Notes: generated by a model not told the origin, from the letters alone. DNA of 25,422 nt from a bacterium (GCA_046757525.1 JBHHYI010000048.1:1-25422); one strand, 5' to 3'. Counted from the stretch's first letter, positions 1 to 8,498 are shown. A program made the numbers and translations.

Positions 1-10
1 AAACAACGCC

Positions 11-727
11 TTAATCTTCTAACTTCAACACCAGCCGTTTGTTGATTCGCCCCTTGCTTTTGTAGTCGACGACTTTGAGCGGGCCGACTTCTCGGGTGTT
101 GGCCACGTGGGTGCCGCCGTCCGCCTGCAGGTCCAGGCCAACGATTTCCACCACGCGAACCTGCTGGATTTGCGGCGGGAGCAGATTGATCTTGGTGCGA
201 ATGAGGTCTGGAATTTGAAACGCTTCCTCCCGGGGCAGAATGTTGACGCGCAAATCTCTGGCCGCGGCTACTTCTGCGTTGATTTTTGCTTCAATCTCCC
301 GCACCAGCTCTTTTTGCATGCGCTCGAACTCGAAGTCCAGGCGACCTTTGCCGGGCTCCATGTTGCCGCCGGTGACCTGGGCTTTGTAGTCGCGCCAGAT
401 GACCCCACAGAGAATGTGCAAGGCTGTGTGGGTGCGCATCAAGCGGTGGCGGCGCGGCCAGTCGATGGCGCCCTGCACGGCAGCACCGATCTGGGGCCGC
501 GTTTCCTCGGCCTGCAAGTGGACGATTTGGCCCTCCACCTGCTTCAAGCCGGTGACCTGGTAATACGCACCGTCGCCGGTTTTTAGGCTGCCGCAATCAG
601 AGGGCTGGCCGCCGCCACCAGGGTAAAAGGCCGTCCGGTCCAGCACCACCCCCAGGTCGGTGACCGCGATTACGCTGGCCTCGAATTCTCGTAAGTAACT
701 GTCAGTCTGGTAAAGCAAGGCCGTCAT
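11..727 (-). CDS. alaX: Freestanding alanyl-tRNA editing protein (AlaX-M type)
   Basis: 238 aa. N-terminal LYQTDSYLREFEA and LDRTAFYPGGGGQPSDCG, HxxxH motif (RTHTALH) and C-terminal tRNA_SAD-like ADGGTHVANT. Confidence 0.92.
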   Translation of the reverse strand: MTALLYQTDSYLREFEASVIAVTDLGVVLDRTAFYPGGGGQPSDCGSLKTGDGAYYQVTGLKQVEGQIVHLQAEETRPQIGAAVQGAIDWPRRHRLMRTHTALHILCGVIWRDYKAQVTGGNMEPGKGRLDFEFERMQKELVREIEAKINAEVAAARDLRVNILPREEAFQIPDLIRTKINLLPPQIQQVRVVEIVGLDLQADGGTHVANTREVGPLKVVDYKSKGRINKRLVLKLED

Positions 728-753
728 TGCTTTCTTCCTTTCTTAGATTTGTC

Positions 754-882
754 TCCGCAGCAAAATGTCGCTTCCGAGTGTTCTAATCGGGAATCGTGTG
801 CGTCATCTGCCAGTGGATTCCCGCTTAATTCATGCGGCACTGACAGAACTAAGGATGCTGTTTTCGAGCGTTTTGCAACAGA
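754..882 (-). repeat. Palindromic REP/MITE-like element, copy A (core 766-845)
   Basis: The minus-strand core TGTCAGTGCCGCATGAATTAAGCGGGAATCCAC...GATTCCCGATTA...GCGACA matches 16902-16963 at 48/62 nt by hand alignment. Imperfect outer inverted repeats lie at 754-765 and 871-882. Confidence 0.8.
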
Positions 883-927
883 ATCGAATTGCTTAATGTC
901 TTTACTAAAGGTCAAGTAGTCCCAAGA

Positions 928-1980
928 TCATTGCAATTGGCAGACGAGAAAATGTTTTTCGAAGACCGAGCCGATTAACAACTTTTGTTCGAAGACCGTG
1001 CCAACGCTGGATCCGGATATCTTGTTGCCTGAATCAAGGAAGACTTTCTGGATTTGAAACTCGTGATCTCCGCTCAGCTCGACTTTGAGAACCTGAGAGG
1101 GCGATTTTTGTTGCGGATCTTTGGCATGTTTCACAAATGTGAGCAGCTTGGGATGCGCCGCAACCCACAGGTTGCCGGCCCGGTCGATTTCAATATTGTC
1201 CACACCCGTATTCAGAGGGATGTCGTATTTCCAGGCAAGTTTGCCGGAGTTTTCGTTTCTCGAATAAGCCCTGATTTTGCCTGACGTCGTGGCAGCCACA
1301 AAAACCGTTTTGCCATCTGAACTCACGTTGATTCCGTTGGCATACGAAATTCCACGGGCGGCGATTTTGAAAGCACTCCCATCGTAGTAGAGCACATTCG
1401 CTTTCGCCAGCCGCAAGTATTCCTCCAGCTTTCTGCCCAATCTGGAACGGTAACCGTGGTCGTTGGTGACATAAAAGCTCCGTGGACCTACTGCGGCAAC
1501 ATCGTTGGGGCTGTGCAGAAGCTCTCCCGCAATAGATTCTCTATGGATGAGCTGGTCATCGACATAATCAAAAATTTCGATGAAGTGCATGCCCTGGTGT
1601 GTGTGGTTGACTACAAAAAGTCTTGCCTGTCCGTTTTCTCCCAAGTACAGACTAATGCCGTGGGGATGAAAGTCCTTCGGAAAATGCTGGGTCAAATTGC
1701 TTAAAGTCGGATTTTCCGAGGTGAGATCGTACGCATAAATTGCGCCCTGGGTTTTTTCTCCCCGCAATGTCGCACGCCGATCGTCGCACGAAATGAAGGC
1801 CACGCCACTCTGCGGGTGAATCGTGATGTCCTCAGCCCCGACGACGCCGGTCACCTTTTGGCAGGCTCCGGGCCCGTACGCCCGTATGTGCTTGAACTGG
1901 CCAGCATCTTGCAAAAGGTCCAGGAGGAAACCGGCAATGGCGATCGCAACGATGATTGAAGCAATGAGAGCTTTTTTCAT
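928..1980 (-). CDS. Paraoxonase/arylesterase-like Ca-dependent lactonase (six-bladed beta-propeller) with N-terminal hydrophobic anchor
   Basis: PON motifs in the expected order: GAEDI, FHPHGIS, LFVVNH, SPNDV, FYVTNDH, ANGI, GVDNI, AAHP. One Cys near the N-terminus and one near the C-terminus. Confidence 0.88.
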   Translation of the reverse strand: MKKALIASIIVAIAIAGFLLDLLQDAGQFKHIRAYGPGACQKVTGVVGAEDITIHPQSGVAFISCDDRRATLRGEKTQGAIYAYDLTSENPTLSNLTQHFPKDFHPHGISLYLGENGQARLFVVNHTHQGMHFIEIFDYVDDQLIHRESIAGELLHSPNDVAAVGPRSFYVTNDHGYRSRLGRKLEEYLRLAKANVLYYDGSAFKIAARGISYANGINVSSDGKTVFVAATTSGKIRAYSRNENSGKLAWKYDIPLNTGVDNIEIDRAGNLWVAAHPKLLTFVKHAKDPQQKSPSQVLKVELSGDHEFQIQKVFLDSGNKISGSSVGTVFEQKLLIGSVFEKHFLVCQLQ

Positions 1981-1981
1981 A

Positions 1982-2149
1982 AGTGGTTCTTTCGTTATTT
2001 AAAGCGGTTTTTGAAACAAGAAATTTTTTGTCGCATCGTGTGGCCCTCTATTGAAAGTATGGCCTCAGAGTTCAGAGGGCTGGGCCATGCCAATGATAAA
2101 CCTTGGCACTCCAACCTAATGAGTTTGACAGTGGTTGCTGCGTTATTTA
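1982..2149. repeat. Imperfect 20-bp direct repeat bracketing the FMO-PON intergenic region
   Basis: AGTGGTTCTTTCGTTATTTA (1982-2001) vs AGTGGTTGCTGCGTTATTTA (2130-2149), 17/20 identical. Confidence 0.6.
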
Positions 2150-2153
2150 GATC

Positions 2154-3461
2154 TCAACTCAGCCGCTTAATCAACTTCTTCAAGCGCTGACCGTAGCTGA
2201 AATGCTCGACTTCGAGATAGTGGCGAGTGGAATCGAGGTAACGGATGCCGCCACCGAGATGCGGTGGTCTGCCGGTTTTCATTTGACGAAAAGCCGCGGC
2301 CTTGCGTGGTCGATGCTCCTGAGCGCGGATGAATTTGGCGATCAATTGCGTCTGGTAGTCTACCAGCCACCACTGGCCGCTATCGGGCTGGATCAAACCA
2401 GCGACAAAGAGATTGTCGTACTCCGGGTGAAAAATGTTCAAATACAATTCTGGACGGCCGTTTTGCCAGTTAAGGTATTTTTTGTCGATGAAGGGGAAGG
2501 CGATTTTGAACCCGGTGGCGTAGACGATGACGTCGATCCGTTCTTCACTGCCATCTTTGAAAAGCACACGATCACCGCGCAACTCCTGCACATCAGGCTT
2601 GGGGATAATGTCGCCATGACCAAGATAATAGAATATCTGCGAGTTGACAATGGGGTGCGTTTCAAACAACTTATGATCGGGTTTGGGCAGCCCAAATTTT
2701 TGCGGTGTTCCATGGAGCAATTTCAGGATGAGACTATTGATGAAACGTCTAACCGGCAAGGGGGTGCGCAAGCGCAGCGAAACTTCCCCAACTTGATCGG
2801 CGGGCTTGCCGAAGAGGTATTTGGGGATATAGTGGTAACCACGCCGCACGCTGTGAAAAGTACGGGCCGCATTCTGTGCAGACTCCACGGCGATGTCACA
2901 GCCCGAATTGCCGGCCCCGACCACCAGAACCCGTTTGTCCCGCAGCACGTCAGCGGTCTTGTACTCTTTGGAATGCAGGACTTTGCCATTGAATGCGCCC
3001 GGGAAATCGGGAAATTTTGGCTGCCAGAGATGGCCGGTCGCCACGATGACACCCTTGTAGCTGCGCGTTTCGCCATTGGCTAAGCTCACGGCCCACCGTT
3101 CACCATCTGGCGCAACCTTCTGCACCGGGCGGTTGAATTCGATGGCCTCATAAAGGCCAAAATGGCGCGCATAGGCCCGCATGTAATCCAGAACCTGCGT
3201 GTGGTGCGGATAATCGGGATAGTCGTCGGGCATGGGGAAGTCGGTGAATTCCGTGAGCGGCTTAGACGAGATGAGGTGCGTGGATTTGTAGACGCTGCTG
3301 TCTGGACTGCTGTAATCCCAAATGCCACCTACCTCGGCGTGCTTTTCAAGAACATCGAAGGCAATATTGTTCTGTTTCAAATTCTTGGCGGCAGCCAGCC
3401 CGGAAGAGCCAGCCCCAACGACGCAGTATTTGTTTGAGCAATCTGTCATCTTCCTCCCCAT
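2154..3461 (-). CDS. Flavin-containing monooxygenase (class B, FMO-like)
   Basis: Two Rossmann motifs (VGAGSSG, VGAGNSG), the FMO fingerprint FNGKVLHSKEYK, and YATGF. An alternative ATG is at 3449. Confidence 0.92.
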   Translation of the reverse strand: MGRKMTDCSNKYCVVGAGSSGLAAAKNLKQNNIAFDVLEKHAEVGGIWDYSSPDSSVYKSTHLISSKPLTEFTDFPMPDDYPDYPHHTQVLDYMRAYARHFGLYEAIEFNRPVQKVAPDGERWAVSLANGETRSYKGVIVATGHLWQPKFPDFPGAFNGKVLHSKEYKTADVLRDKRVLVVGAGNSGCDIAVESAQNAARTFHSVRRGYHYIPKYLFGKPADQVGEVSLRLRTPLPVRRFINSLILKLLHGTPQKFGLPKPDHKLFETHPIVNSQIFYYLGHGDIIPKPDVQELRGDRVLFKDGSEERIDVIVYATGFKIAFPFIDKKYLNWQNGRPELYLNIFHPEYDNLFVAGLIQPDSGQWWLVDYQTQLIAKFIRAQEHRPRKAAAFRQMKTGRPPHLGGGIRYLDSTRHYLEVEHFSYGQRLKKLIKRLS

Positions 3462-3472
3462 GACAACGCTGC

Positions 3473-4276
3473 TTAGGACTCCAATTCTTTTTCAGCTACA
3501 AGCCAGCCTCTGGAGGCTTTGGCCTTACGTGCCAGCCAACGCGAGAATTTTGGCAACAGGGCTGGCATGATAGACACCACCCATCGAACACGGTTAGGAA
3601 CATAAACCTCAGCGGCATTGGTCGTTATGGCGCGGTGCACGGCGCGTGCCACATCTTCAGGCTGAACCATGGGCGTAAGCAAGGTGTAGGAAACGCCACG
3701 GGTCATGCGGGTGTTGGCCATGCTGGGACAAAGCCAACTCACGCCCACTGCGGTGTCCTGCAACTCGAATCTCAGAGCCGAACTGAACCCCACGACCCCG
3801 TGTTTTGCAGCCGCGTAAACAGCCACACCTTCGGTGCCGAATTTGCCGGAGATGCTCGCGATATTCACGATGTGAGCGGTTTTTCGCTTCAGCAAGATTG
3901 GCAACGCGGCATGGGTGAGCAGGATGAGCCCGGTGAGATTGACGTCGATGGTCTTGCGCCAGACCGAAAAATCCCGCTCCACGAATGGCCCGCTTGGCAG
4001 TACGCCAGCATTATTCACCAACACATCGAAGCCGCCATTTTTCTGTTTGATTTCAGCCACCAGCGCACGACAGGCGCTCTCATTGCTGATGTCGCAAGCA
4101 TAGCCGTAAAAATTGCGCCCTTCTTCCGTGACGGCTTTGTTGATGTCGCGCAAATCCTCCAGCCGCAAATCTACCCCGATGATGTCGGCACCGGCTTTGG
4201 CCAGCACCATCGCTGTCGCCTGTCCAATTCCGCGGGCCGCGCCCGTAATCAAAACGGTTTTATCTTGTATTTGCAA
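3473..4276 (-). CDS. Short-chain dehydrogenase/reductase
   Basis: TGAARGIG, NNAG, catalytic S and YAAAK. TTG start. Ends 11 bp before the FMO start. Confidence 0.92.
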   Translation of the reverse strand: MQIQDKTVLITGAARGIGQATAMVLAKAGADIIGVDLRLEDLRDINKAVTEEGRNFYGYACDISNESACRALVAEIKQKNGGFDVLVNNAGVLPSGPFVERDFSVWRKTIDVNLTGLILLTHAALPILLKRKTAHIVNIASISGKFGTEGVAVYAAAKHGVVGFSSALRFELQDTAVGVSWLCPSMANTRMTRGVSYTLLTPMVQPEDVARAVHRAITTNAAEVYVPNRVRWVVSIMPALLPKFSRWLARKAKASRGWLVAEKELES

Positions 4277-4304
4277 AATGCTAAACTCTTTTTGATGAGT
4301 GCGG

Positions 4305-4655
4305 TCAGTTTATCAGTCTGATGGTGAACGGGTAGCTGTAAGACTCGCCGTTATTCACTTTGACGGCTGCCACGATGACCAGGACGATTTGCGCGATCAG
4401 CAAGCCAAACAGAAGGGGGAGTCCGATCAGCACAATGCTTAGGATCGCCGCGGCAAAAACGTAGATGGTGATGGAAATTTGAAAATTCAAAGCTTCCTTG
4501 CCCTGTTCATCGACCAGAGGCAGCTCGTCCTTCTTGATAAGCCAGATGGCGAGTGGTCCCAGAATATTTCCCAAAGGCACGATGTAACCGGCTAATCCGG
4601 CCAGGTGGCACAACATAGCCCAATTGCGCGCTTGTTGCTCCTCGGTTTGACTCAT
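4305..4655 (-). CDS. DUF4870 (Tic20-like) small membrane protein
   Basis: WAMLCHLAG, GPLAIWLIKKD, KEALNFQIS, YSYPFTIRLI. Start moved to ATG 4655, which follows a GAGGAGG RBS. Confidence 0.88.
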   Translation of the reverse strand: MSQTEEQQARNWAMLCHLAGLAGYIVPLGNILGPLAIWLIKKDELPLVDEQGKEALNFQISITIYVFAAAILSIVLIGLPLLFGLLIAQIVLVIVAAVKVNNGESYSYPFTIRLIN

Positions 4656-4705
4656 AGTTTTTCCTCCTCGTATTATGTTTGTATTGCCTGAACCCTGCAG
4701 GACCG

Positions 4706-5509
4706 TCAGCTTTGAATTTCCTTGCCACAGTGAGGACAATGTTTTCCGTGATGTCTGTCGCGCTTTTCGATTTCTTCGCTAAAGCCGGAGGCCAGGATGC
4801 CGGCAGGCAACGCAAAAATGCCAATGCCCAAAATCGCGATGACCGCTCCGAGCAACTTGCCAAAAGGCGTGATCGGATAGACATCACCATAGCCAACGGT
4901 GGTCAAGGTCGCCACACCCCACCACATGGAGGCCGGGATGCTGGAAAAGACTTCCGGCTGGGCCTGACTCTCGATAAAGTACATCATGCTCGAAGCAAAG
5001 ATCAATAGGATGAACACGGCAAACACGGTGATGACCAGCTCCTCTTTCTTCTTGCGAAAAACGTTGCCCAGGGTTTTCATGGACTCCGAATATCTGGCCA
5101 ATTTGAACATGCGAAACAAGCGAAACAGCCGCAGCGCACGTAAGAATCTTAAGTCCAAGGTGATGAACATGGGCAAATAGAACGGCAGAATCGCCATGAG
5201 ATCGATCACGATGATGGGCTGCACCACAAAACGCACCCGGCCACGGATGGGATGGCTAAACTCCTTTTGGGAAGTACAGGTCCACAGCCTCAGGAGATAT
5301 TCGATCGTAAATACGATGACGGAAAACGCGTCAAAGCCCGAAAAAAAATGGCCAAATTTGACGTCGAGAGATTTGACGGTTTCCAGGATAACCCCTAAGA
5401 TATTTAAAATGATCAGGGTTATGATGAAAATGTCAAAGGTTCGGCTGGGCAGATCCTCCGACGAAGCTATGTCGAGAATTTCGTAAATACGCCTGTTTAC
5501 TTTTGACAC
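4706..5509 (-). CDS. Voltage-gated potassium channel (6TM ion transporter)
   Basis: Selectivity filter TTVGYGD, Arg-rich S4 segment LRFLRALRLFRLFRMFK, pore helix SIPASMWW and C-terminal CPHC. GTG start. Confidence 0.93.
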   Translation of the reverse strand: MSKVNRRIYEILDIASSEDLPSRTFDIFIITLIILNILGVILETVKSLDVKFGHFFSGFDAFSVIVFTIEYLLRLWTCTSQKEFSHPIRGRVRFVVQPIIVIDLMAILPFYLPMFITLDLRFLRALRLFRLFRMFKLARYSESMKTLGNVFRKKKEELVITVFAVFILLIFASSMMYFIESQAQPEVFSSIPASMWWGVATLTTVGYGDVYPITPFGKLLGAVIAILGIGIFALPAGILASGFSEEIEKRDRHHGKHCPHCGKEIQS

Positions 5510-5601
5510 TTTCTACCGGTATCTTTAATGTTCGTTCTGTATTAGCGCCTCTGTGGTTAAAGTCTATCGTATTACGTCTCACTTCTTGCACCAATGTGTG
5601 G

Positions 5602-6237
5602 TCATTCATTGGCGCCGCCTGGATTCGACGGTGCGCCTTCCCACAGTTTGATGAATTCCAGGGCCTTCTCAGAGGTGTGCAAAAAGGCAAATCGCGCCAC
5701 CTGTCGGCCAACCTCCTTCACCCGATTTTCTAAATTGCTGTCTTTGATCTCTCCAGATGCGTCAAACACTTTCCAGGCTTCCGGAATTGAGGCTTGCTCC
5801 GGAATGACCCAGGCGTGCAGGGTTCGACCGATGCTGCGCAGTCCGTTTAAGGCATTGATCGCGCCCAACCGGCCGCCGGCCACGCCGACCAGGCCGAGCA
5901 TCTTGCCTTCAAATTCATCGAATCCCATGAGGTCCAGCGCGTTTTTCAGCACTCCACTGTAGCCGCCGTGGTATTCGGGGGTTGCCAGAATGATTCCCTG
6001 CGCCGCCTGTACCTGGCCCCGCAGGTTAAGGACATCTGCCGGATAAGCGTTTTCATCTTCTTTGCCGTCACAAAAGACCAGTTCGTAATCGCGCAGATCC
6101 AGAAATTGGGTTTCAGCCCCGACCTCCCGGGCGCCTTGCAAAGCGATGGTAAGCGCTTTGCGGGTAAAGCTGCCCTTGCGCAGGCTGCCACAAATGCCCA
6201 CCACGGTGATTGGGTTGTGTTGGTCTTGTAGATCCAT
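5602..6237 (-). CDS. NADPH-dependent FMN reductase (flavodoxin-like)
   Basis: GICGSLRKGS and ATPEYHGGYSGVLKNALD. Start placed at ATG 6237 after AAAGGAGA; the ORF is open to 6258. Confidence 0.9.
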   Translation of the reverse strand: MDLQDQHNPITVVGICGSLRKGSFTRKALTIALQGAREVGAETQFLDLRDYELVFCDGKEDENAYPADVLNLRGQVQAAQGIILATPEYHGGYSGVLKNALDLMGFDEFEGKMLGLVGVAGGRLGAINALNGLRSIGRTLHAWVIPEQASIPEAWKVFDASGEIKDSNLENRVKEVGRQVARFAFLHTSEKALEFIKLWEGAPSNPGGANE

Positions 6238-6395
6238 GGTTATTCTCTCTCCTTTCAACCTCTTCTTGGAATAGAAACCACAAATTCACTGTCGGTTTCT
6301 CCCCAATTTCAATTCTCTTGTTCAGTTCACTGACATTCATTTGATCTGCAGTTGTTAAGTGAGCGTCTATTGAAAACGGCGATCATGGTGCCCAA

Positions 6396-6424
6396 AAATT
6401 AATCATTTGCAACTACAATATCAA
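6396..6424 (-). promoter_or_regulatory. Candidate sigma70 promoter upstream of the FMN reductase region
   Basis: Minus strand TTGATA-17 nt-TAATTT. Confidence 0.4.
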
Positions 6425-6454
6425 GGGAATTTCATCTGTTGAAATAGCTGCAAA

Positions 6455-7927
6455 TTAATGCAAGCATTTGTTGAGCTCTGTTTGAAGAAGCTCCCAGGCC
6501 TGCTTTACGTGTCGTTCCTCGGTGCGCAAATTTCCGATGGCCATTCGTAACACATATTTCTGATTTAGCCTGGTGTGCGACAAAAACACCTGGCGCGTAC
6601 CGTTTACCCGGTTCAATAACTGTTCGTTTAAATCATTCAAGTGCGCTTCCTGGAGCACGTGCTGTGGATGAGCGCGGAAGCAAACAGTGCTGAAAGGAAC
6701 AGGCGCCAGGCGTTCAAAATCGGCGTGCGCATCGACCCAGCCGGCAAACTGTTGCGCGAGACGAATGGATTCCTGGATGCGCGCTGCCATGCCTTGCTGG
6801 CCGAAATAGCGCAGCACAAACCAGAGCTTCAAAGCGCGAAAGCGGCGTCCAAGCTGAATGCCGTAGTCCATGTAGTTCTCTACTTCGCGGTCCTCGGGGG
6901 TGCGCAGATATTCCGGCACCAGACTGAATGCGCGGCGCAGAATCGCTGGCTTGCGCGTGTAAAAGGCGCTCAAATCCACCGGCACAAATAGCCACTTGTG
7001 CGGATTGACGACGATGGAATCGGCCCGTTCGCAGCCATTGAGTACGGAGCGCATTTCAGGCACGACGGCCGCAGAGCCTCCATAGGCGGCGTCCACGTGC
7101 AGCCACAGGTTTTCCCGCGCGCAGATGGCAGCAATCTCCGCAACCGGATCGATGCTCGTGGTCGAGGTGGTGCCCACGGTTGCCACCACACAAAACGGCC
7201 GCCACCCTTGCCGCCGATCTTCGTCGATGGCTTGCGTCAGGGCATGCGGGATCATTCGGAAAGCCTCATCCACGGGAATCTTGCGGACGCCAGCCCTGCC
7301 CAATCCCAGGGTAATGGCCGCTTTTTCAATGGAAGAATGCGCCTGTTCGGAGGTGTAAAGGCGCAAACGTGGTACTTCCGGACGGCCTGCCAGGCCCTGT
7401 TTCCGAATGTCGAGGTCGCTCAGTTGTTCGCGGGCGGCGGCGATGGCGTGCATGGAGCTGATAGAAGCGGTGTCGTAAATGATGCCCCAGAATCCTTCGG
7501 GCAAGCCGAGCATTTGCCGCAGCCAATCCAGGGCCACCTGTTCCAGTTCGGTGGCGGCCGGGCACGATTTCCACAACATGCCATTGACGTTGAACGCGGC
7601 ACTGAGTAGTTCGCCGAGAATACCCGGCCCGCTGCCCGTGATTGAAAAATAGGCGAAGAAGGACGGATGGTTCCAGTGGGTCATGCCAGGCATGATTATT
7701 CGATCGATGTCATCCAAAATCTTTGCCATGGCTTCTCCGGATTGCGGCGGTTTTTTGGGCAGCGAGCTACGAATCTCGCCCGGGCTTGTCGCGGGTAATA
7801 CCGGCTGCTGTTCGATATTCGTGAAAAATTCGGCGATCCAATCGACAAGGCGGTGGCCTGATGTCCTAAAGTCTTCCGGAGACATATCCCCAAATCTGGT
7901 GATGTGTGTTTTGTTTTCTACAGGCAT
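6455..7927 (-). CDS. Group II PLP-dependent decarboxylase, aromatic-L-amino-acid decarboxylase-like
   Basis: THWNHPSFFAYF, SCPAATELE, HVDAAYGG, PLP-lysine motif NPHKW and LGRRFRALKLW. Confidence 0.92.
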   Translation of the reverse strand: MPVENKTHITRFGDMSPEDFRTSGHRLVDWIAEFFTNIEQQPVLPATSPGEIRSSLPKKPPQSGEAMAKILDDIDRIIMPGMTHWNHPSFFAYFSITGSGPGILGELLSAAFNVNGMLWKSCPAATELEQVALDWLRQMLGLPEGFWGIIYDTASISSMHAIAAAREQLSDLDIRKQGLAGRPEVPRLRLYTSEQAHSSIEKAAITLGLGRAGVRKIPVDEAFRMIPHALTQAIDEDRRQGWRPFCVVATVGTTSTTSIDPVAEIAAICARENLWLHVDAAYGGSAAVVPEMRSVLNGCERADSIVVNPHKWLFVPVDLSAFYTRKPAILRRAFSLVPEYLRTPEDREVENYMDYGIQLGRRFRALKLWFVLRYFGQQGMAARIQESIRLAQQFAGWVDAHADFERLAPVPFSTVCFRAHPQHVLQEAHLNDLNEQLLNRVNGTRQVFLSHTRLNQKYVLRMAIGNLRTEERHVKQAWELLQTELNKCLH

Positions 7928-7939
7928 GAGTGTTTCCTT

Positions 7940-8002
7940 TCAACATTTGTACAGCAGATTTGAGTAAGAGAATTGCTTGTGAGAGGAAGGATGATAGGTC
8001 AT
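7940..8002 (-). pseudogene. Possible stub of a RelE/ParE-type toxin gene (MTYHPSSHKQFSYSNLLYKC*)
   Basis: Its ATG overlaps the stop of the upstream antitoxin-like gene (ATGA). MTY is a typical RelE N-terminus, but similarity is lost after about 4 codons. Confidence 0.35.
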
Positions 8003-8250
8003 TTTTTCTTATCCTTGCGCTGAGCTACATAATCATCGAGGGACTGATAATCGCCACTGCGATAAGCCTCTCTGGCGTCTGCAATCTGCTGGCTAATCTC
8101 AGGGTCCTGTTCAAGTTGTTCTTCCTCGTATTGACCCAATTGCTTTTCTATAACCTCCCATATTAGTCGTTTTTCTTTCGCACTTAGATTTTTTACTGAC
8201 TCAATCAATGATTCAAAAGGAATAGAAATTTGTACATTTGTTGAGCTCAT
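7999..8250 (-). CDS. Small acidic protein, probable type II antitoxin
   Basis: 83 aa from ATG 8250, AT-rich. The C-terminal pattern DPEISQQIADAREAYRSGDYQSLDDY is typical of RelE-associated antitoxins. Confidence 0.6.
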   Translation of the reverse strand: MSSTNVQISIPFESLIESVKNLSAKEKRLIWEVIEKQLGQYEEEQLEQDPEISQQIADAREAYRSGDYQSLDDYVAQRKDKKK

Positions 8251-8470
8251 TTTAAACACCATTGCTTGAGTTTTGACGCATCAATTCTCAAATAAACCAA
8301 ATATTGAAGAGAAGATTACTTAATTCTTTTATAAATTTCAAGATATTCTTGCTCCACCTTATTCGGTTTTCTTGCCATAACGCTTACTTTCGTGAAACAT
8401 AAGGTATTGCGTTAAATCTGCCAGGTGTAGAACGCCTCTTTATCTCGCCACATCTAAACGATAAAAACTA

Positions 8471-8498
8471 TTGAATAATATCGTGATCATGATAAATT
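8471..8498 (+). promoter_or_regulatory. Candidate hicAB promoter with a palindromic operator in the spacer
   Basis: TTGAAT (8471-8476), 16-nt spacer, extended -10 TGA-TAAATT (8490-8498). Near-palindrome TATCGTGATCATGATA at 8479-8494. The GTG start lies 6 nt downstream with no RBS, so the mRNA may be leaderless. Confidence 0.5.

Noticed and set aside
724..915. 63-aa minus-strand ORF overlapping the alaX start
   Set aside because: It runs through palindromic repeat copy A and has no recognisable protein features.
2202..3083. Long antisense ORFs (also 3635-4321, 6998-7609, 13502-14266, 17261-18064)
   Set aside because: They are shadows of well-supported genes on the opposite strand and show no motifs.
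4706..4760. C-terminal CPHC motif on the K+ channel as a novelty
   Set aside because: This tail is common in this bacterial ion-transporter family.
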